Positions 1 through 11,613 of a stretch of DNA of 64,000 bases are shown here, piece after piece. The DNA comes from Macrostomum lignano (lineage: Eukaryota). The notes under the pieces were generated by a model. It saw only the letters and a list, made by a program, of their open reading frames with translations, was not told where the DNA came from and did no database searches. Each line of letters begins with the position of its first letter. The stretch's first letter is position 1. The stretch is taken from positions 69,300-133,299 of the forward strand of contig NIVC01002870.1 of NCBI GenBank assembly GCA_002269645.1, in the 5' to 3' direction. The position numbers and the translations under genes are program-made.

Positions 1-396
1 CTACTGTAGATGTTTGTGTAGAATTGCGTTCATAAACTACTGTAGCTGTTTGTGTAGAATTGCGGTCATAGACTACTGTAGCTAATTGTGTAGAATTGCG
101 GTCATGGACTACTGTAGCTGGCTGTGTAGAATTGCGGTCATAAACTACTGTAGCTGGTTGTGTACAATTGCGGTCATATAGACTACTGTAGCTGGTTGTG
201 TAGAATTGCGGTCATAGACTACTGTAGCTGTTTGTGTAGAATTGCGGTCATAGACTACTGTAGCTGGTTGTGTAGAATTCGGTCATAGACTACTGTAGAG
301 TGGATGTGTAGAATTGCGGTCATAGACTACTGTAGCTGGTTGTGTAGAATTGCGGTCATAGACTACTGTAGCTGTTTGTGTAGAATTGCGGTCATG
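1..396. repeat. 36-bp minisatellite (GACTACTGTAGCTGGTTGTGTAGAATTGCGGTCATA)n, in RMI1 intron
   Basis: About 11 directly visible tandem copies with no spacers; runs off the window start. Confidence 0.95.
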
Positions 397-483
397 GACT
401 AAATTGGGTTTGTGGACCTTTATCATATATATTGATAAGCCTAATTGGTGTATAACTCTGTCACTACTCAAGTAACAGCTCAC

Positions 484-819
484 CTCCAAATTAGCATTCT
501 CATCACCCCTGCATTTTCGGTACTGACTGTACAGAGACTGGCTGACATCAATCACTGACTCCAGCTGCAGCACCAGCTTCCCAGTCAGCTGCAGTTTCTC
601 TTCACTAGCCACTTGAGCTGGCAGGGAGGGGTTCTCAAACTCGCGCAAATCCGAGTGCAGGTATTGCTCATAGAGCAGGCTGCGCAGCTCATTAGGTGCA
701 AATTCCTCAGGCTGGCGGCCGTGCTCCTGACAGAGCCAGTCCTGACCAGCCTCCAGCCAGCCCTGTGGCACCGCCAGGGCCTGAGCTCTGAACCAGTCTG
801 ACAGAGCTGAGTGGCTTGA
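484..819 (-). CDS. RMI1: RecQ-mediated genome instability protein 1, N-terminal coding exon (gene continues beyond the left edge)
   Basis: Exon bounded by acceptor ttttccAG (821-820) and donor GTGAGC (483-478); 336 nt, phase 0/0. Translates SSHSALSDWFRAQALAVPQGWLEAGQDWL...YEQYLHSDLREFENPSLP...GKLVLQLESVIDVSQSLYSQYRKCRG. This matches the recalled RMI1 N-terminal motifs VPxxWLEAC, FEQWLLTDLRDLEHPLLP and INSLVDVSQPAYSQ. Confidence 0.9.
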
Positions 820-1364
820 CTGGAAAAATAATTCATTAATAGAGATAGGCAGGGCTAGTCTTTGAGCCAGGGATTTTCAACTTTATAGCAATCTCTAGCC
901 AGATAGTTATTGTAGTCATTTATGATTCTTAGATGAAAGATTTGTCTAATAGCTTATCTATAATTCCTTTATTTTATAATATATTTTTCTTATCTAAAAT
1001 TTGATAGATGATGATTTAGGGAAATATACATTCCTTTGTCTATTTTAAATAGTCTATAGAAAATGTATACAGAAGAAAAAATTATCTGTAATAAAAACAT
1101 TTTATTTTTATATAGACAGTTTGAATTTAGCCTAGAACTAGCAATCTACGCCCCCCGTTGGGGAGCCAAAGAAATGCAATCGCTACACGTTTTTTTAATA
1201 AGCTACATGTATCCTTGAAATCTTAAAAAATCTCCTGTCAAACCTTGTAAGCCTTGACATGTCAGTAATTCCCCACCACAAGCTTTAACATATCAACTCC
1301 CCCCCTTGACATCTCAGCAATGCCCCCAATAAGCCTTGGAAATCTAAAAATATCTGTCAACCTT

Positions 1365-1432
1365 CTAACCCTAACCCTAGCCTAACCCTAACCCTAACCC
1401 TAACCCTAACCCTAACCCTAACCTAACCCTAA
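1365..1432. repeat. Interstitial telomere-like (CCCTAA)n tract
   Basis: About 11 CCCTAA/CCTAA units; a degenerate counterpart lies at ~1820-1868 in a duplicated ~470-bp block. Confidence 0.9.
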
Positions 1433-2269
1433 AGCATTGACATTTCAGTAATTCTCTCTAAGAGTCATTATAGCACTGCTACAGCATTATAGCGATTTCC
1501 TGCAAGCCTCGACATCGTAGGGATTCCCAAATGAATCTCTTAACTTCGACATGAAGCTTCTTTTATTTTTTACATTACGCTTTTTTTATCAGCGATCCCT
1601 CCCCTGAGGAGGCATCAAATAATGTAATAAAAAGTTTTCAATAAACTTTACATGATTGTTTACATGTAGCTTCTGACTTTAGCTTTGAAATCTCATTTAT
1701 ACCCCCGTGAGCCTTGACATCTCAGCTATTCCCCCCGTAAGCCTTGACATGTCAGCGATGGCCTCCATAAACCTTGAAATCTGAAAAATCCCCCGTTAAC
1801 CTTGAAACCCGATAAAATATAACCCTCAACCCACACCTGACCTAAACCTAACTTTAACCCAACCTAAAGCCTTGAATCTCAGCAATTCTTCTCCCCTAAG
1901 CCTTGACATTTTAGTGATTCCTTCTTTAAGAATCACAGCACTGTAACGATTCCCTCCAAGCTTTGACATCATAGCAATTCCCAAATGAATCTTTTAACTT
2001 CGACATGACTTTTCTTTTATGTATACATAGTGCTACTTTTATTTTTTACATGACTCTTCTTCTATCAGTGACCCCCCCCCGTGGCGAGCCAACAAAGAAT
2101 GTAATAAAAAAATTGAGTAAAGTACATGAACTTTGAAGTAGCTTCTGACTTTTGCTTTGACATCTCAGCAACCCCCCCCCCGTAATCTCAGTTATTCTCT
2201 GAGAGCCTTAACGTCTCAGTTTTTCTCCCCAGCACAGAATTATAGCTGCATTTATTTTTACATGACACC

Positions 2270-5200
2270 CTTCATGTCTGACATGACGCTTCTTTTATTC
2301 TACCATGATGCTTCTTAATTTTTTAAATGACACTTTCCTTAGTTTTTAAATGAGGCTTCTATGATTTTTTCATGACGCTTTTATGATTTTAACATGACGC
2401 TTCTATGACTTTTTTTACATGACGCTTCTATGATTTTTTCTTGACGCTTCTATGATTGTTTACATGACGCTTCTATGATTTTTTACATGACGCTTCTATG
2501 ATTGTTTACATGACGCTTCTCTGATTGTTTACATGACGCTTCTATGATTATTTTAAATAACGCTTTCTATGATTTTTAAATGACGCTTCTACGATTTTTT
2601 ACATGACGCTTCTATGATTGTTTACATGACGCTTCTATGATTTTTTACATGACGCTTCTATGATTTTTACATGACGCTTCTATGATTGTTTACATGACGC
2701 TTCTATGATTGTTTACATGACGCTTCTATGATTCATTACATGACGCTTCTATGATTTTTTACATGACGCTTCTATGATTGTTTACATGACGCTTCTATGA
2801 TTGTTTACATGACGCTTCTATGATTGTTTACATGACGCATCTATGATTTTTATATGACGCATCTATGATTTTTATATGACGCTTCTATGATTTTTACATG
2901 ACGCTTCTATGATTGTTTACATGACGCTTCTATGATTTTTTACATGGCGCTTCTATGATTGTTTACATGACGCTTCTATGATTGTTTCATGACGCTTCTA
3001 TGATTGTTTACATGACGCTTCTATGATTGTTTCATGACGCTTCTATGATTGTTTACATGACGCTTCTATGATTTTTATATGACGCTTCTATGATTGTTTA
3101 CATGACCTTCTATGATTTTTTATATGACGCTTCTATCATTTTTACATAACGCTTCTATGATTTTTATATATCGCTTCTATGATTGTTTACATGATGCTTC
3201 TATGATTTTTACATGGCGCTTCTATGATTGTTTACATGACGCTTCTATGATTGTTTACATGACGCTTCTAGGATTGTTTACATGACGCTTCTATGATTGT
3301 TTACATGACGCTTCTAGGATTGTTTACATAACGCTTCTAGGATTGTTTACATGACGCTTCTATGATTGTTTACATGACGCTTCTATGATTGTTTCATGAC
3401 GCTTCTATGATTGTTTACATGACGCTTCAATGATTTTTTACATGACGCTTCTACGATTTTGGCAGGATGATTCTATGATTTTACATGACGCTTCTATGAT
3501 TTTTACATGACGCTTCTATGATTTTTTACATGACGCTTCTACGATTTTGGCTGGACGATTCTACGATTTTACATGACGCTTCTATGATTTTTACATGACG
3601 CTTCTATGATTTTACATGACGCTTCTATGATTTTTACATGACGCTTCTACGATTTTTACATGACGCTTTTATGATTTTTTACATGACGCTTCTATGATTG
3701 TTTCATGACGCTTCTATGATTTTTACATGACGCTTCTATGATTGTTTACATTCTTCTATGCTTGTTTACATGACGCTTCTATGATTGTTTAAATGACGCT
3801 TGAATGATTGTTTACATGACGCTTTTATGATTTTTACATGGCGCTTCTATGATTGTTTACATGACGCTTCTATGATTGTTTACATGACGCTTCTATGATT
3901 GTTTACATGACGCGTCTATGATTGTTTACATGACGCTTTTATGATTTTTACATGACGTTTCTATGATTGTTTTATGACGCTTCTATGATTGTTTACATGA
4001 CGCTTCTATGATTTTTACATGACGCTTCTATGATTGTTTACATGGCGCTTCTATGATTGTTTACATGACGCTTCTATGATTGTTTCATGACGCTTCTATG
4101 ATTGTTTACATGACGCTTCTATGATTTTGACATGACGCTTCTATGATTGTTTACATGACGCTTCTATGATTTTTACATGACGCTTCTATGCTTGTTTACA
4201 TGACGCTTCTATGATTGTTTAAATGACGCTTGAATGATTGTTTACATGACGCTTCTATGATTGTTTACATTCTTCTATGCTTGTTTACATGACGCTTCTA
4301 TGATTGTTTAAATGACGCTTGAATGATTGTTTACATGACGCTTCTATGATTGTTTAAATGACGCTTGAATGATTGTTTACATGACGCTTCTAGGATTGTT
4401 TACATGACGCTTCTATGATTGTTTACATGACGCTTCTAGGATTGTTTACATGACGCTTCTATGATTGTTTACATGACGCTTCTATGATTGTTTACATGAC
4501 GCTTCTATGATTGTTTCATGACGCTTCTATGATTGTTTACATGACGCTTCAAGGATTTTTTACATGACGCTTCTACGATTTTGGCAGGACGATTCTATGA
4601 TTTTACATGACGCTTCTATGATTTTTACATGTCGCTTTTATGATTTTTACATGGCGCTTCTATGATTGTTTACATGACGCTTCTATGATTGTTTACATGA
4701 CGCTTCTATGATTTTTACATGACGCTTCTATGATTGTTTCATGACGCTTCTATGATTGTTTACATGACGCTTCTATGATTTTTACATGACGCTTCTATGA
4801 TTGTTTATATGACGCTTCTATGATTGTTTACATGACGCTTCTATGATTGTTTCATGACGCTTCTATGATTGTTTTATGACGCTTCTATGATTGTTTACAT
4901 GACGCTTCTATGATTTTGATATGACGCTTCTATGATTGTTTACATGACGCTTCTATGATTGTTTACATGACGCTTCTATGATTTTTACATGACGCTTCTA
5001 TGCTTGTTTACATGACGCTTCTATGATTGTTTAAATGACGCTTGAATGATTGTTTACATGACGCTTCTATGATTGTTTACATTCTTCTATGATTGTTTAC
5101 ATGACGCTTCTATGATTGTTTAAATGACGCTTGAATGATTGTTTACATGACGCTTCTATGATTGTTTAAATGACGCTTGAATGATTGTTTACATGACGCT

Positions 5201-8024
5201 TTTATGATTTTTACTTGGCGCTTCTATGATTGTTCACATGACGCTTCTATGATTTTTTACATGACGCTTCTATGATTGTTTACATGACGCTTCTAGGATT
5301 GTTTACATGACGCTTCTATGATTGTTTACATGACGCTTCTAGGATTGTTTACATGACGCTTCTATGATTGTTTACATGACGCTTCTATGATTGTTTACAT
5401 GACGCTTTTATGATTTTTACTTGGCGCTTCTATGATTGTTTACATGACGCTTCTATGATTGTTTACATGACGCTTCTATGATTGTTTACATGACGCTTCT
5501 ATGATTGTTTACATGACGCTTTTATGATTTTTACTTGGCGCTTCTATGATTGTTTACATGACGCTTCTATGATTTTTTACATGACGCTTCTAGGATTGTT
5601 TACATGACGCTTCTATGATTGTTTACATGACGCTTCTATGATTGTTTCATGACGCTTCTATGATTGTTTACATGACGCTTCAAGGATTTTTTACATGACG
5701 CTTCTACGATTTTGGCAGGACGATTCTATGATTTTACATGACGCTTCTATGATTTTTACATGTCGCTTTTATGATTTTTACATGGCGCTTCTATGATTGT
5801 TTACATGACGCTTCTATGATTGTTTACATGACGCTTCTATGATTTTTACATGACGCTTCTATGATTGTTTCATGACGCTTCTATGATTGGTTACATGACG
5901 CTTCTATGATTTTTACATGACGCTTCTATGATTGTTTATATGACGCTTCTATGATTGTTTACATGACGCTTCTATGATTGTTTCATGACGCTTCTATGAT
6001 TGTTTCATGACGCTTCTATGATTGTTTACATGACGCTTCTATGATTTTGACATGACGCTTCTATGATTGTTTACATGACGCTTCTATGATTGTTTACATG
6101 ACGCTTCTATGATTTTTACATGGCGCTTCTATGATTGTTTACATGACGCTTCTATGATTGTTTACATGACGCTTCTATGATTTTTATACGATGCTTCTAT
6201 GATTTTTTAAATGACGCATCTATGATTTTTATATGACGCTTCTATGATTTTTACATGACGCTTCTATGATTTTTACATTACGCTTCTATGATTGTTTACA
6301 TGACGCTTCTATGATTGTTTACATGACGCTTTTATGATTTTTACTTGGCGCTTCTATGATTGTTTACATGACGCTTCTATGATTGTTTACATGACGCTTC
6401 TATGATTGTTTACATGACGCTTTTATGATTTTTACTTGGCGCTTCTATGATTGTTTACATGACGCTTCTATGATTTTTTACATGACGCTTCTAGGATTGT
6501 TTACATGACGCTTCTAAGATTGTTTACATGACGCTTCTATGATTGTTTCATGACGCTTCTATGATTGTTTACATGACGCTTCAAGGATTTTTTACATGAC
6601 GCTTCTACGATTTTGGCAGGACGATTCTATGATTTTACATGACGCTTCTATGATTTTTACATGTCGCTTTTATGATTTTTACATGGCGCTTCTATGATTG
6701 TTTACATGACGCTTCTATGATTGTTTACATGACGCTTCTATGATTTTTACATGACGCTTCTATGATTGTTTCATGACGCTTCTATGATTGGTTACATGAC
6801 GCTTCTATGATTTTTACATGACGCTTCTATGATTGTTTATATGACGCTTCTATGATTGTTTACATGACGCTTCTATGATTTTGACATGACGCTTCTATGA
6901 TTGTTTACATGACGCTTCTATGATTGTTTACATGACGCTTCTATGATTTTTACATGGCGCTTCTATGATTGTTTACATGACGCTTCTATGATTGTTTACA
7001 TGACGCTTCTATGATTTTTATACGATGCTTCTATGATTTTTTAAATGACGCATCTATGATTTTTATATGACGCTTCTATGATTTTTACATGGCGCTTCTA
7101 TGATTGTTTACATGACGCTTCTATGATTGTTTACATGACGCTTCTATGATTGTTTACATGACGCTTTTATGATTTTTACTTGGCGCTTCTATGATTGTTT
7201 ACATGACGCTTCTATGATTGTTTACATGACGCTTCTATGATTGTTTACATGACGCTTCTATGATTGTTTACATGACGCTTTTATGATTTTTACTTGGCGC
7301 TTCTATGATTGTTTACATGACGCTTCTATGATTTTTTACATGACGCTTCTAGGATTGTTTACATGACGCTTCTATGATTGTTTACATGACGCTTCTATGA
7401 TTGTTTCATGACGCTTCTATGATTGTTTACATGACGCTTCAAGGATTTTTTACATGACGCTTCTACGATTTTGGCAGGACGATTCTATGATTTTACATGA
7501 CGCTTCTATGATTTTTACATGTCGCTTTTATGATTTTTACATGGCGCTTCTATGATTGTTTACATGACGCTTCTATGATTGTTTACATGACGCTTCTATG
7601 ATTTTTACATGACGCTTCTATGATTGTTTCATGACGCTTCTATGATTGGTTACATGACGCTTCTATGATTTTTACATGACGCTTCTATGATTGTTTATAT
7701 GACGCTTCTATGATTGTTTACATGACGCTTCTATGATTGTTTCATGACGCTTCTATGATTGTTTCATGACGCTTCTATGATTGTTTACATGACGCTTCTA
7801 TGATTTTGACATGACGCTTCTATGATTGTTTACATGACGCTTCTATGATTGTTTACATGACGCTTCTATGATTTTTACATGGCGCTTCTATGATTGTTTA
7901 CATGACGCTTCTATGATTGTTTACATGACGCTTCTATGATTTTTATACGATGCTTCTATGATTTTTTAAATGACGCATCTATGATTTTTATATGACGCTT
8001 CTATGATTTTTACATGACGCTTCT
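2270..8024. repeat. ~5.7-kb satellite array, 23-bp unit ACATGACGCTTCTATGATTGTTT (22-24 bp variants)
   Basis: Roughly 250 tandem units visible; degenerate at the left edge; higher-order blocks marked by a TTGGCAGGA variant. Confidence 0.97.
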
Positions 8025-8555
8025 TTTTAAAAAGTCTTTTAGTTTTCCTGACGTTGAAAAGCTTTAATTGAAAAAATTATATTCTATGAAAATTCGAACC
8101 ATCGTCGCTGCATTTATCAAATTTTGCACATATATATATAATTCAACAGTTTAAAATCCAAGCATAGAGTAAATCACACGAAGCAGTTATGACATAATCA
8201 GTTTCTCAGTCAGTCAGTATCAGTTAACAATATGGTTACGCAATTTAAATCAAGTCTGGTGCTAGGCTTCCACACTGCATTTTCAATTCAAGTCAGAGTT
8301 ACAATTCAGTTATGATGCAATCTATTTCAGAGTCAGAATTCAACCAGTCAGTTTTTTCTCTAGCATTCTTACAATGCATTTCAAGTCAAAAAGTTTGCTT
8401 GACCTTTGCAAAAAAGCATGTTTTTCGAATATTTAATGCCTCTAGCATTGAGCAATTTCTTAGCCACGATGCATGTACCGTCACGGGAAAATTTCTGATC
8501 GAACAGTGCAAGTTCGAACAAAATCGGTCCAGCCATTTTTTCTCTAATCGATCAC

Positions 8556-8595
8556 ATAGATAGATAGATAGATAGATAGATAGACACAGACAGAC
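8556..8595. repeat. (GATA)n/(GACA) microsatellite near the Helitron-like 5' end
   Basis: ATAGATAGATAG...GACACAGACAGAC directly visible. Confidence 0.9.
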
Positions 8596-8613
8596 CATTT
8601 TTAGTATATTGGA

Positions 8614-8710
8614 CTAGTGCCCCTATTGGGGAGCCAATAGAGAGTTGAATTATAATTTTTTTCAAATAAACTACAAGTGTATTTGTAGGTTCTGACCTTT
8701 GCATTGATCT
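8614..8710 (-). mobile_element. Second, truncated Helitron-like 3' end joined head-to-tail to the first element
   Basis: Minus strand TTGGCTCCCCAATAGGGGCA-CTAG shares TTGGCTCCCCAA with the 1138 end; adjacent sequence resembles 1620-1690. Confidence 0.5.
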
Positions 8711-8787
8711 TATTGCAGCCAATGGCCATTATTGTATATAGCATTTGGTGCAGATTGGCTCTCATTATTGCAAGTATAATCTGGCAT

Positions 8788-9089
8788 CATACATGCGCAA
8801 CCTCCAAAATTCGGTCAGCCATGCGACTTAGTTTTAACAAAAATGCGACATAGTTTTTGGCCAAAAATGTGACTTACATGTAAAAAAACACTAAAGCAAA
8901 GTTAACGCAATTTTGGGTAAACGGCAGGAGTAACTATAACTATCTTATTAAGTCAAAATGCCTCGTCAGCTACTTAGTACTACCTACTACTTTGTAATTT
9001 TTTCAGGTAGGCATTTTTGCGACTTTCTTGATTGGCCGCCAAATTGGTCAGCCAGATTGGCCAACTTGGCCGACTGTTGCGCATGTATG
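8788..9089. mobile_element. 302-bp MITE with 14-bp TIR and 8-bp TSD (hAT/P-type signature)
   Basis: CATACATGCGCAAC (8788-8801) and GTTGCGCATGTATG (9076-9089) are perfect inverted repeats; TCTGGCAT flanks both sides (8780-8787, 9090-9097). Confidence 0.85.
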
Positions 9090-10039
9090 TCTGGCATATT
9101 GGTGTGGTTTGGTGCAGGAAAAGGGGGTGTCAGTGCAATTTAGACCTTGGCTACAATAGGAAGCCTTGGTTGATTTCGAAGCAATTCCTCAAATAAACCT
9201 TGTTATCTTAGTAATTTTCTAAGTAATCTTGTATGTTCAACATGAAATTTCTTTTACTTTTAACATGATGCTTTTTCATGATATACCTATTAAAAAAAGT
9301 TTTGAAAACCCATAGACATATGATAGCAATGCAAAAAAGTAGCTCAAATACATGACACACAAGACAAAAGTATGAAAAATGTGATGCAATACAACATTGA
9401 CATTGCAGATGAACTAAAATACAAAAATAATGATCTGAAAAGTTACAAAACATGGTGGGTAATGACAGAACAACCAATATAAAAACAAAAAAATCTGAAA
9501 TTCTATACTTAAGTATCAAATAACAACTGTTATTCTTGCAATGTTGCATGTGCTATGCTTTTGGAACTGTAGCCTATCAATCGTAAAAGACATTGCCTGC
9601 ATTTTTTGAACCCACAATTTGACATCAAAAAAATATTTAAAATACAATAGACAACCATCTATAATTTGTTTACTTATTCTATTAGGGCATGATATTATGT
9701 TTAAAATAGGGTTTAACAGTTATTTTATATTTGACTTGATGATTCTTTAAGTCTTGATATGATAATTCTTTTATATTAAATTATATGATACTTCTTTTGT
9801 GGTAAATATGATGCTTCTTTTACATTTAACATAACAAGGTCTAATGATACATACATAGCAATAATAATAACAATATATGAACATTAATAGAAAAACTATA
9901 TAGTAAAATATAATATATATATATAAATGATTTAAATCATTTGACATTTAGGAATTAAGACAGAAAAGATTATAAATAAGTTGGCCTACATTTATAAAGC
10001 TTTATAAAGATATTTAGCTTATTTAAAACTAGGCAAAAT

Positions 10040-10211
10040 CATGCTTAGATGCAACCTAGGGATTTACCTAGCCATTTTTATTGGCAACACATATATGTAA
10101 GTTGCTATTGGACAGAATAGCAGTCATGTGACTACTCTCAGCCAATAGTGACTTACATGTGTATGTTGCCAATAGAAACAGCCGAGTGATTCCCAAGGTT
10201 GCGCATGTATG
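10040..10211. mobile_element. 172-bp foldback MITE sharing the same terminal TIR
   Basis: Right end GTTGCGCATGTATG (10198-10211) is identical to the 9076 TIR; the left end is degenerate; the body is nearly fully palindromic; flanks are GGCAAAAT and GGTAAAAT (8 bp, 1 mismatch). Confidence 0.75.
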
Positions 10212-11613
10212 GGTAAAATACTTGATTAGACTTTATAAGCAAGACTCATAAGAGAATGGCGCATGACTAAAACTATTATACACTATTATACTAAGACTAC
10301 CATAGCTATTATTAGCTATTGGTACTCATATTGAGGGGAGCTACTAAAGCATTGCTATTCTTTTTGTAGGTTACTTTCTTGCAGCCTTGTCTTACTAGCT
10401 TTCCTACCTACTTATCTCCTTTCTAACATTATCTAATATTGGGGGCAATAACACATTGAGCCAAATTCCTTCCCTAGCTCCCTAAAGAGTGGCAGACTTG
10501 GTGTGTAGCCTAGGCCCTACTTCACAAAATGGCCTATGGCTTTAGTTTTACAAAACGACTTAGGCCTATAAATTAATAGGCCTATATCTATATTCTAAAT
10601 ATAACTAACAAGTCACAAGTGCAATAAAATTATATAAATGCTTGAATATCAATAAAAACATTAAATTATCTTAGAATTGAATATATTGAATAAGATGATT
10701 ATTTCTGCATTCTGCTTAAAACCACAATGCAATGCCAATACTAACTTGGCTATTATCAAAAGGGTCTTTTTCTTACTAAAATAACTTTTGCTTGCCACTG
10801 AAACAACTGTCATGGAATTGGAAACATCTTGTTACCAAAATGACTGTAATCTGATGAATAATACATGAATAATAATTTTTAATAATTTGAATAATAATAG
10901 AAATCAGCCATACTCATACTCTGTACTTTGTAGTTGACTCTCCTATTTATTCATGTAGTAGTGATATAATTGTAAAAAATCTTTATAGGCTAGCGATATA
11001 TAACGATATTTAATGTTAAATCACACTGAGTTACTTCTTATATATATCAGGGCTAGATATCTACTCTACTCTCTAGGCCTACTCTGTCTAACAGTTGCTA
11101 AAAACTACAGTAACCTCTCCTCTCACTGGCACTGCTCGTCTAGAAGCATGTGATTTCGTATTTTGCTGATACTTTCCTTAAATTTTTGGGTTTTATTGCA
11201 TAAAAATATGTTAATTACAAAACCATAGTTCTAATTGATAAGCTCAGTATTTGTTTTTATCTTTACTGTCAAAGTGTAAAAAACAAAATTTTGTTATAAC
11301 CTAAAGCGAAAATCTTTAAAACTTTTGAAATTTTCGCTGACGTTAACAGACTGCACTGTGGGACTTAGGCAGTCGTATGGAATAGTATATGCTAAGTTTT
11401 CTTTTTTTCTTTAGTCACTAATACTCTTCACTTGGAACTGAATCCCTTACCTAAATAAAATGCACTTCGCTGCTTAAAACTATTCGACAGTCACTTCGGA
11501 AGTAATGAATTTCCAGTAGCCATTGTAAAAATCAAGCCATAATTAGCATCCGTCTACTCAGCTGTTTGTGTAAAAACTGGCTATTGAGCAAAGTTTTATA
11601 ACCTTGAAATAAT

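Larger units (their letters stand above)
1138..8613 (-). mobile_element. Non-autonomous Helitron-like element with a giant internal satellite
   Basis: Minus strand begins TC (8613-8612), followed by a (TCTA/TCTG)n microsatellite and a GGCTGGACCGATTT subterminal motif. It ends with the GC hairpin GCTCCCC-AAC-GGGGGGC (1166-1150), 8 nt, then CTAG (1141-1138) followed by T. No Rep/helicase ORF. Confidence 0.6.

Noticed and set aside
1365-1432. Chromosome end
   Set aside because: Short tract with unique and genic sequence on both sides; interstitial.
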